The notes under the pieces were generated by a model that searched no databases, had not been told where the DNA came from, and saw only the letters and a list, made by a program, of their open reading frames with translations. The translations under genes were made by a program, and so were the position numbers. Below, piece after piece: positions 18,897-26,710 of a stretch of 64,000 nt of DNA; position 1 is the stretch's first letter; each line of letters opens with the position of its first letter. Source of the stretch: an uncultured Candidatus Saccharimonadales bacterium (GTDB taxonomy: Bacteria > Patescibacteriota > Saccharimonadia > UBA4664); NCBI GenBank assembly GCA_964467655.1, contig CAYXSN010000003.1, positions 34,714 through 98,713 of the forward strand, read 5' to 3'.

Positions 18897-19820
18897 TTAC
18901 AAGCTGTCAGCGTCGCCGATCAGCCGGGCCAGGCCCTTCCCGCTCGAGCCGCGCCCGCTTTCGCGCTTTACCACCCAAAAATGCAGGTGCTTTACGCTCT
19001 GACCGGCCAGCTTGCCTACATTCAGCGACAGATTATAATGCTCGCCCAGATCCGGCACCTGCGGCAGCAATTCACGCATCTCATGCCACCAGTTCACCGG
19101 CAGTTTGGCCGGATCTTCAACGTGCACCTTTGGCACAATCAGATAATTTCCATCGCTCGACGCCGCTGCAATCATAAATCCGCCGTCCGACTGAGCTAAA
19201 ATCTCGCCCTTCAGACGCCCATTCGACAAACAAAACGGACACTCAGCCACCGGTTGATCAATCTTCACCGCACCCTCCCGAATTATCTCAAGGCCATCAT
19301 CAAGTACCCGAATAATAGTCGAGGGCGCTCGGCCTGACAAATCGCCCCCATCAAGGTAAAAATCAACCTCATCTTCAAAATAGTTTTCCGCCTCAGCAAT
19401 CGTCACCGATCCCGGCCGCCCAGGTTGGTTCGCGCTCGATGTCACCAACGGACCCGTTTGCTCAAGCAACGCCCGCACCGCTGCATCGGCCACCACCCGG
19501 AAAGCCTGACGGCCGGTTTCTTGATGCAAATAGCTCAGGTTTTCGTCGAGCGGCGTCTCCACACTCAAAGACGCCGGCCATAAATGAGCCACCCGGCGTA
19601 AATGACCATCCGGCACCCCCAGCTCCACCAGTTGCTCCACGCTCGCCGCAATCACCGTGCCCGGTTTATGCTCACGATGCTTCAGTTCATACAATTTGGC
19701 CACCGCCCCGGGATCGGCCGCCCGCGCCACCAAACCGTAGACCGTATCGGTCGGCAACACACCCACACCGCCCTCAAGCAGAATCTGGATGGCCCGGTCA
19801 GATGTCGTACGCTTTATCAT
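18897..19820 (-). CDS. tsaC: threonylcarbamoyl-AMP synthase TsaC/YrdC fused to a C-terminal HIT domain
   Basis: PTDTVYGL, LKHR, TSSANQPG, PSTII, IREGA, then CPFC...LIVPKVH...NVGKLAGQSVKHLHFW. Confidence 0.88.
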   Translation of the reverse strand: MIKRTTSDRAIQILLEGGVGVLPTDTVYGLVARAADPGAVAKLYELKHREHKPGTVIAASVEQLVELGVPDGHLRRVAHLWPASLSVETPLDENLSYLHQETGRQAFRVVADAAVRALLEQTGPLVTSSANQPGRPGSVTIAEAENYFEDEVDFYLDGGDLSGRAPSTIIRVLDDGLEIIREGAVKIDQPVAECPFCLSNGRLKGEILAQSDGGFMIAAASSDGNYLIVPKVHVEDPAKLPVNWWHEMRELLPQVPDLGEHYNLSLNVGKLAGQSVKHLHFWVVKRESGRGSSGKGLARLIGDADSL

Positions 19821-19891
19821 TTTGGGATCATACCACATTCCTATTGACAGAATCAATCAAAGTACTTGTTGTAATGCATTCGCCAAAAAGA

Positions 19892-19931
19892 TTGACATAA
19901 TTAATAGTACACTATAAACTATAAACTATAA
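19892..19931 (+). promoter_or_regulatory. promoter TTGACA-N17-TAAACT overlapped by three ACTATAA direct repeats
   Basis: ACTATAA x3 at 19911..19931, immediately before ATG 19932. Confidence 0.6.
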
Positions 19932-20933
19932 ATGAAGACTGATACTGCAGATCGAATAGTCGGATACATCGCCGCCAACCATCAAGCGCGGGCACATGAT
20001 ATCGGCAAAAACTTTGGCATTAGCCAAGTTGCTGTGCATCGGCAGCTAAAGAAACTGCTCAGCCAAAACAAGATCCAGCGAGTCGGCAAGCCACCGCTCG
20101 TGTTTTATGTGCTTTCGAATCAAACACCCGCATCAGCAGCACAAACGGCAGCCCTACCCGCCGACACAACAACATATATCAACAAGCATTATCTTTATAT
20201 TTCACCTCAAGGGGGACTACTTTGCGGCATGGACGGGTTCCAGGCCTGGGTAAGTGCCACCAAACAGGACGCGCATATCGAGGCCCTCGCAGAGGAATAC
20301 TACCAAACGCGCCAAGCCTGGGAGAAAAACCGGGCTCCGGAAGGCTGGATTGATGCGACCTCCAAGGTGAGTACGACGTTTCCTGACAATGTCCTCGCCA
20401 AGCTTCACTACGCCGACTTCTATAGCATACCGAAATTTGGCAAAACCAAGCTGGGTAACCTGGTACTCTATGCCAAACAATCGCAAAACCGGCAGCTCAT
20501 AGCTAGTGCCGTCGACCAGGTGAAGCCAATTATTCAGCGAATTATTTCCACCTATGGCATCGATACGGCCGCGTTTGTGCCGCCAAGTGTTCCGAGAAAA
20601 CTACAGTTCATGCAGGAGCTTGCCAACAAACTTGATCTAGGCCTACCCAAGGCCGAACTCGTCAAATCGTACCAGGGCGAGATAATTGTGCCGCAAAAGT
20701 CGCTCTCAGGGCTCCAGGAGCGTATCACCAACGCCCAAGAGACCATCTATCTCAAGTCTCCTCTATCGGCCAGTTGTAAAAAACTCTTGTTGATCGATGA
20801 CGCGGTCGGTTCCGGCGCCACTCTCAACGAGATCGCCAAAAAACTCCGCTTTGCCAACCCGAGCATCGAGCAAATTATCGGGTTCGCGATCGTGGGGAGC
20901 GTGAATGGGTTTGAGGTGATTCGGGAGATATAA
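19932..20933 (+). CDS. N-terminal wHTH plus phosphoribosyltransferase (ComF-like PRTase) protein
   Basis: HDIGKNFGISQVAVHRQLKKL helix-turn-helix; LLLIDDAVGSGATL PRPP-binding motif. Confidence 0.85.
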   Translation: MKTDTADRIVGYIAANHQARAHDIGKNFGISQVAVHRQLKKLLSQNKIQRVGKPPLVFYVLSNQTPASAAQTAALPADTTTYINKHYLYISPQGGLLCGMDGFQAWVSATKQDAHIEALAEEYYQTRQAWEKNRAPEGWIDATSKVSTTFPDNVLAKLHYADFYSIPKFGKTKLGNLVLYAKQSQNRQLIASAVDQVKPIIQRIISTYGIDTAAFVPPSVPRKLQFMQELANKLDLGLPKAELVKSYQGEIIVPQKSLSGLQERITNAQETIYLKSPLSASCKKLLLIDDAVGSGATLNEIAKKLRFANPSIEQIIGFAIVGSVNGFEVIREI

Positions 20934-20970
20934 GTCAGCTCTCGCTATCCAATGCGATGGTTCTGCAAGT

Positions 20971-21279
20971 TCAAGCGGCGTCGCTTTGTTGCATATAATC
21001 CGCGACAATAACAATGATTTTTTGAACAGATTCGTTACAATTCTTAAAATCAATGCGGTCAAGAACGTCAGCAGTATATTTACGCATGACTTCACTGATG
21101 AGGGCATGGACAAATGACTGGGTAGCAGATGTTACACCCTCAAAATCCAAACACACATCCTTTCCACGGCTAATGCCCGGAAGGATTATCTGCTCACGTA
21201 TGTCGCGCGCAACGTCCTTATCTTCCGCGAATGCACCGACCTTTGGATATAAGCAAACAGTAATTACGTTATCCATCAT
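20971..21279 (-). CDS. STAS-like domain protein (DUF4325-like)
   Basis: VCLDFEGVTSATQSFVHALI; start overlaps the upstream stop (ATGA). Confidence 0.8.
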   Translation of the reverse strand: MMDNVITVCLYPKVGAFAEDKDVARDIREQIILPGISRGKDVCLDFEGVTSATQSFVHALISEVMRKYTADVLDRIDFKNCNESVQKIIVIVADYMQQSDAA

Positions 21280-22241
21280 GAAAACCTCGGTCGCTTAAAC
21301 CTTTGCCGCCGTCGCTCCGCAATCGCTGTAGCATATACGTCGCCAATTAAAGTCAGCAGCTTATTAAGTTCTGTTGTTTCATCCAACGATAGATCAATAC
21401 CAACGACAGTTCCTTGCCATAATGGTAGATCATCGCGCTCAGAATGCTTCTCTCGATCTGGATCGCCATATAGGATTGTGCGCTTTGAGTTTTTGTCAGG
21501 CTGCAAAAGTTTATAAAATCCTTTTCCGCTATAAATCACGAAAAAGTCTCGATTGATTTTCGCCATAGATCGCACAAAGAACAACCCCGCACCAGCATTC
21601 GTCTCCGTGCCACCTTCTCGCGAGGTTGTACCAGTGATGCCGGGTGTCAATGCCAGCTTGATTGCGTCTAAATCCGATCGCGCCGAGTGTGATTCACGAA
21701 TTGTTTTCCAGATGCCTACACCCGTATCGGCGACGCCTATCCGAATTTTGTTAGTCTTTTTGAAATATTGAGCCGAAACTATTGCTCCGTGTTCAGACCG
21801 AGAATGTTCGAAAACGTTTCTTACTAACTCACTGACTATGTATCTGAGCGAGTCAGCTTGAAGTGGAGGTAAGTGGAGCATTGGAACCATATCCGTCATA
21901 AAGCGCTGCAAATCTTGAGAATTCTGGATTTCAGCCAGAGGGATAAAGCGGCCCGCAGGTTCGTGCCGCTCAATATCCATAGGCGATTCAACTTGCATCA
22001 GCCTGAAAAGTCCCATTGTATCGAGATAGTGGCCTGACCTAGCTGTAATCTCGTCAAAATGAATGTTCTCCGGTTTAAACGTCAAACCGAGAGCTCCAAT
22101 CATCGATAACACTACTGGATGGACAGCCATCCATCTATCGTTAGTTGTGATCTCTAACTGAGACACATCAGTGGGATCAAAGCCTTTGAGAAATGCGTCC
22201 AAATTACCCAAAAAAGCACTATTGGGAATATGTATCTTCAT
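21276..22241 (-). CDS. GHKL/HATPase_c ATP-binding protein (anti-sigma kinase-like)
   Basis: N box SELVRNVFEHS, G1 VADTGVGI, G2 NAGAGLF, WQGTVV. Confidence 0.85.
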   Translation of the reverse strand: MKIHIPNSAFLGNLDAFLKGFDPTDVSQLEITTNDRWMAVHPVVLSMIGALGLTFKPENIHFDEITARSGHYLDTMGLFRLMQVESPMDIERHEPAGRFIPLAEIQNSQDLQRFMTDMVPMLHLPPLQADSLRYIVSELVRNVFEHSRSEHGAIVSAQYFKKTNKIRIGVADTGVGIWKTIRESHSARSDLDAIKLALTPGITGTTSREGGTETNAGAGLFFVRSMAKINRDFFVIYSGKGFYKLLQPDKNSKRTILYGDPDREKHSERDDLPLWQGTVVGIDLSLDETTELNKLLTLIGDVYATAIAERRRQRFKRPRFS

Positions 22242-22247
22242 GCAGAG

Positions 22248-22299
22248 AATATACCGGGATTCCCGGTAAATGTCAAATATACCGGGAATCCCGGTAAAT
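22248..22299 (-). promoter_or_regulatory. promoter with two tandem palindromic operators
   Basis: AATATACCGGGAWTCCCGGTAAAT twice, 28-bp period; TTGACA (22276..22271)-N17-TATATT (22253..22248)-N6-ATG. Confidence 0.75.
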
Positions 22300-22442
22300 A
22301 TTAGTGTTGCCGGAAAAGCCGGAACTAACTCAGCACCGATAAATCATTCCGCTTAACCTGGCATTAAACACCCCCGACCGCTAAAATAACCCTAGATATC
22401 GCTCCCAGGCAGTCTCGCCCATCCTGCCCGGCCGCCCTGGAT

Positions 22443-22565
22443 TGCAATATTTGTACATTGATGCAGTACAAGGAACGACTGAGACTCGCAGCGAGTCGTA
22501 CTCGACGTACGATGAGCGAGAATCCCAGGAAGTGACATAGTAATGCACGATGTACAAATATCGCA
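22443..22565. repeat. RPE-like palindromic element in the valS leader
   Basis: TGCAATATTTGTACATTG...CGATGTACAAATATCGCA outer stem; TCGTAC-tcgac-GTACGA apex; aligns with the 24177..24298 copy. Confidence 0.75.
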
Positions 22566-22614
22566 CAGCGAATCTCTCACCACATAACGCCAACGTTTAG
22601 AGAGGAACCTACAC

Positions 22615-25431
22615 ATGAGCCACCAGCTCGACAAAGCTTACGATCCCCAAAAATACGAATCCAAAATTTACACCCGCTGGGAAGCCTCCGGCGCCTTCAA
22701 ACCAGAGGGCAACGCTCATTTGCGGATGCCATTAGAGGAAAGGTCTGCCGAACAAGCTGGCGCAGGTTCAAAAGCGGCAACCAATTCGCAGTTGGGTGGC
22801 GTTCGTGAGCGTGAGGAGGTAATTGGCGCAGCAGCATCGCTGACACGCAGCAATACGCAAAAAGACCCGTTCACCATCATCATGCCGCCCCCAAATGCCA
22901 ACGGTAACCTCCACATGGGCCACGCCATGTTCGTGATTGAAGACCTCATGATCCGCTACCGCCGCATGCAAGGCCACCCCACCCTCTGGCTTCCCGGCGC
23001 CGACCACGCCGGCATCGAAACCCAGGTGGTGTACGAGCGCCAACTCGAGAAAGAAGGCAAGTCCCGCTTCGACCTCGGCCGCAACGAGTTTTACAAACAA
23101 GTCGACTCCTTCACCAAAGACAACATGGGCAACATGATCGCCCAGGTCAAATCGCTCGGATTCTCGGTAGATTGGTCCCGTCTCACCTACACCCTCGACG
23201 ACAAGATCGTCAGCACCGTTTACGACACCTTCAAAGAACTCCACAACGCCGGCTACATCTACCGCGGCAACCGCATCGTCAACTGGTGCCCGTTCTGTCG
23301 CAGTGCTTTTGCTGACATTGAGGTGAAATACCGCGAGCAAACCGATCCGCTCTACTACATCAAGTACGGCCCGTTTGTGCTCGCCACCGTCCGCCCCGAA
23401 ACCAAGTTTGGCGACACCGCCATTGCCGTCAATCCGCGTGACGAGCGCTACCAGCACCTCATTGGCACCACCATCGAGGCCGAAGACCTCAACGGCCCCA
23501 TCAAACTCACCGTCATCGGCGATGACCACATCGACCCGGCCTTTGGCACCGGCGCCATGAAAGTCACCCCCGCCCACGACCCCAACGACTGGGAAATCGG
23601 CCTACGTCACAACCTGCGCGTCGTGCAAACCATCGGCACCGACGGGCTCCTCACCGCCGTGGCCGGTAAATACGCCGGCATGCCGGTCGCCGAGGCCCGC
23701 CAGCAAGTGGCCCACGATCTCGAAGAGCGCGGCCTCATCGATCACATCGAGTACGATTACAAGCACTCCATCGGCTACCACGACCGCTGCGGCACCCTCA
23801 TTGAGCCCCTCACCGTCGAACAGTGGTGGCTCAAAGTCGACGAACTCAAAAAACCCGTCATCGAAGCTATCAAATCCGGCGAGGTCAAATTCGTCCCTGA
23901 GCGTTTCACCAAGATCGCTCTCGATTGGATGGACAACCTGCGCGACTGGAACATCTCCCGCCAAAACTGGTGGGGCATCAGGGTGCCGGTGTATTACAAC
24001 CGCTCCATCGATCAATCATTGCCCGAGTACATCATTGGCACCGAAGCTAATGCCAAAGCCCTTTATGGTCCAAACGGTTACGAAGCCGAAACTGACAACT
24101 TCGACACCTGGTTTAGCTCCGGCCAGTGGCCCTACACCACGCTTCAAGCCACCGGCGACTTCTGGGCGAAACAGCCAGAAACCGCTCAGGGGAATGCAGT
24201 GCCAGGAAGTGGCGAGGAGCAGACCGAGGCGTACAGCGACGTACGCCAAGGGAGCACCGCAGGCACTGACGCCGCAATGCGTCCCCTGAGCGGTTTCTAC
24301 CCCACATCAGTCATGGAAACCGGCCGCGACATCCTGTTCCTGTGGGTCACCCGCATGATGATGTTTGGCCTCTTCAAAACCGGTAAGGTGCCGTTCAAAA
24401 CTGTCTACCTCCACGGCCTCGTTACCGACGACAAAGGCAAGAAGATGAGCAAATCCAAGGGCAACGTGATCAACCCGCTCGACATGACCGCCAAATACGG
24501 CACCGACGCCTTGCGCCTGGCCCTCACCATCGGCATCACCGCCGGCAATGACGGCCCACTCTCTGAGCGCAAGATCGAGGGCTACCGCAACTTCTGCAAC
24601 AAACTCTGGAACGTTGCGCGCTTCATCCTCGGCCAGCTCCCCGACGACTACTCCCCCGCTAGCCCTCAGCTCCACTCCCCCGCCGATCATTGGATGGCCG
24701 CCCGCACCGACGCCGCCATCGCCAGTGTCACCCAAGCCATCGAAGAATACCGCTTCTCTGAAGCCGGCCAAACTATCTACTCGTTACTCTGGGACGATTT
24801 CGCCGATTGGTATCTCGAAGCCTCCAAGGTATCACCCAACCACGACCTGCTCGTCCAGACCCTTGAGACCATCCTTAAGCTCGCCCACCCCATCGCCCCA
24901 TTTGTCACCGAAGCCGTTTGGTCAGAAATGGCTTGGAACAGCCACGATCAGCTCATTATCACAGCCTGGCCAGTTGTAGACACTACAAGAACACAAAGCG
25001 AACAGTCGCTCATATTTGAGCATATCCGCGATGTCATACAAAAAGCCCGCACCATCATCGCCGAGGAACAATTGTCCAAACCCACGCTCATCACCACCGA
25101 CAAAACCCTGGCCGGCTCCACCGAACTTCTGCAGCGTCTCGGCCGCCTCGGTCAAGTTGAATGCCACGAGCAGGGGAGCGGCCTCTACCTCGGCGCCGCG
25201 GTTCCCGCTTGGATCAAAGCCGACACCACGCTAATCAGCACCCGTCAGCACCGGCTCGCATCCCAGCTCAAGGAAAAACAAGCTTACGCCAAAGGTTTAG
25301 AAACAAAATTAGACAACCCCGGCTACGTGGCCAACGCCCCGGCAGCCGTCGTCACCGAAACTCGCGAACGCTTAGTGGATGCCCAAACCCAGATGAAACG
25401 GTTATCCGAGCAGCTAGCTGCCTTGACATAA
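22615..25431 (+). CDS. valS: valine--tRNA ligase with two in-frame insertions
   Basis: PPPNANGNLHMGHA, WNISRQNWWG, DTWFSS, KMSKS, C-terminal coiled coil; GAGGA RBS. Confidence 0.97.
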   Translation: MSHQLDKAYDPQKYESKIYTRWEASGAFKPEGNAHLRMPLEERSAEQAGAGSKAATNSQLGGVREREEVIGAAASLTRSNTQKDPFTIIMPPPNANGNLHMGHAMFVIEDLMIRYRRMQGHPTLWLPGADHAGIETQVVYERQLEKEGKSRFDLGRNEFYKQVDSFTKDNMGNMIAQVKSLGFSVDWSRLTYTLDDKIVSTVYDTFKELHNAGYIYRGNRIVNWCPFCRSAFADIEVKYREQTDPLYYIKYGPFVLATVRPETKFGDTAIAVNPRDERYQHLIGTTIEAEDLNGPIKLTVIGDDHIDPAFGTGAMKVTPAHDPNDWEIGLRHNLRVVQTIGTDGLLTAVAGKYAGMPVAEARQQVAHDLEERGLIDHIEYDYKHSIGYHDRCGTLIEPLTVEQWWLKVDELKKPVIEAIKSGEVKFVPERFTKIALDWMDNLRDWNISRQNWWGIRVPVYYNRSIDQSLPEYIIGTEANAKALYGPNGYEAETDNFDTWFSSGQWPYTTLQATGDFWAKQPETAQGNAVPGSGEEQTEAYSDVRQGSTAGTDAAMRPLSGFYPTSVMETGRDILFLWVTRMMMFGLFKTGKVPFKTVYLHGLVTDDKGKKMSKSKGNVINPLDMTAKYGTDALRLALTIGITAGNDGPLSERKIEGYRNFCNKLWNVARFILGQLPDDYSPASPQLHSPADHWMAARTDAAIASVTQAIEEYRFSEAGQTIYSLLWDDFADWYLEASKVSPNHDLLVQTLETILKLAHPIAPFVTEAVWSEMAWNSHDQLIITAWPVVDTTRTQSEQSLIFEHIRDVIQKARTIIAEEQLSKPTLITTDKTLAGSTELLQRLGRLGQVECHEQGSGLYLGAAVPAWIKADTTLISTRQHRLASQLKEKQAYAKGLETKLDNPGYVANAPAAVVTETRERLVDAQTQMKRLSEQLAALT
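22714..22862 (+). repeat. in-frame palindromic insertion 1 in valS (~49 aa)
   Basis: AHLRMP...SNTQ separates FKPEGN from KDPFTIIMPPPN; ends TTTGCG/CGCAAA pair; central CCAATT-cgc-AGTTGG. Confidence 0.6.
24177..24298 (+). repeat. in-frame RPE-like palindromic insertion 2 in valS (~40 aa)
   Basis: Perfect 17-bp stem AGAAACCGCTCAGGGGA/TCCCCTGAGCGGTTTCT; apex GGCGTAC-agcgac-GTACGCC; lies between WPYTTL and FYPTSVMETG. Confidence 0.8.
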
Positions 25432-25457
25432 CAAACTGCCGCTAAATTAGATAACAT

Positions 25458-26460
25458 ATGAGCATGACTCCTGAACAAGCCGAGCAAATAACTCAGCCAA
25501 ATCCTAGGCACGCTGGGGTAGCAGCAGAGCTTACTGAAATCATTGCCAACCGCGAAAAAGTGCAAGCTCTGCCGGGGGAGTCGCAGGCGGCGTATTTGTT
25601 GCGCATCACGGCACCCAAACGGCCAATGAAAGGCACGGTCAATCTTGCGCGCACCAGCATAACAAATCTCACCGAACACCCCGACCTGATTGCGGCTAAT
25701 TATACAACTCTTGTTAAACCATCAGCTGCCGACATCGAAAAAAATAATCGGGATGCCATTGCCAATCTCGCCGCCAACGATCTTACTAGTAAAAACGGTG
25801 CTGTTGGTGCTGAGGGTGGTAACCTGGAAACTTTTCAAAAAACCGAACGGGGCCGGAGTTTTATTGATACACAAAGCGAAAAAAGCCAAGGTTATTACAA
25901 CTTATTATTTGCCGGAACCGGCGACCCAGAAATCCAGGCAGTCGTTCGGGACCAATTAGTAAATAAAAAGATCGTCAACTTCGGGGGGGGGTGATGCAAC
26001 GCTAGAACACGATTTAGTGGAGTTTGGTGCCCAACCGGCCAGCGTAATAAATGTTGATCCCTTTCCATCTCCCGACCAACCAGACGCCCCGAAACCGCGC
26101 GACCGTATCATCCAAGCTGACAGCGCCGATCCAAACTTGTTGCAGCATAGTGAACTTGCTCCAGGTTCTGCCGATGAAGTGTTGGCGCTGTATTCGGTGC
26201 CATTTTATCTTACCAGCGGCGAACAGATATCGCAGATGTTGCATAACGGCGTGGATTTGTTAGCTCCTGGCGGAAACTTTCGCCTCTGGCCAGTTAACTT
26301 TAATGCCAATGGCGCCACGCCTGAAGCACTCCAAGAGCGCAAACAGTATTTACTTCATACGCTCAAAGTATTATCAGCCCAAGGTCTGCAAATATCCATT
26401 GTTTTCAATGGTAATCGCGGTGACACCTTAATTATCCATAAACCAAAGACCACCGGATAG
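25458..26460 (+). pseudogene. class I SAM-dependent methyltransferase-like gene split by a G9 tract
   Basis: ORFs 25458..25994 and 26017..26460 join if G9 (25983..25991) is G8, giving KKIVNFGGGDA...VINVDP...IIQAD...LLAPGG. Confidence 0.75.
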
Positions 26461-26624
26461 CGCCACATCCAAATGTCGGGACTAAACAGGGGATTATCCG
26501 CTCGTATTTTTTCGTATCATCGGCTTCAAAGTTTTTAGTATATATAATCCCAACCCAATAATCACCGGTACACTCAAGCGAAAATCATGACTGCGGCCGC
26601 AATCAGAAGATGTAGTCCTCAAAC

Positions 26625-26656
26625 CTCATTGTCGGCCGGGAAGGGCCGACAATGAG
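26625..26656. repeat. perfect 13-bp hairpin upstream of the MFS gene
   Basis: CTCATTGTCGGCC-gggaag-GGCCGACAATGAG; flanks GTCCTC/GAGGAC extend it; no U-tract. Confidence 0.55.
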
Positions 26657-26710
26657 AGGACACATACAAGCATCCTATAAGGAACAGAGCGGTGCTACAC
26701 TAAAATCACT

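Noticed and set aside
22300-22614. T-box riboswitch upstream of valS
   Set aside because: No T-box bulge sequence (TGGNACC), specifier stem or terminator/antiterminator found; the structure present is the palindromic element
22381-22634. Short minus-strand ORFs (70 and 80 aa) upstream of valS
   Set aside because: They are readings through the palindromic element, with no RBS or recognisable motif
22714-24298. Inteins or group I/II introns as the valS insertions
   Set aside because: Too short; no C/S...HN intein ends, homing endonuclease or catalytic intron core
13819-24771. Long antisense ORFs opposite xth, tsaD and valS (e.g. 13819..14436, 17081..17686, 22768..23577)
   Set aside because: Shadow frames produced by strong C-ending codon bias in the real genes
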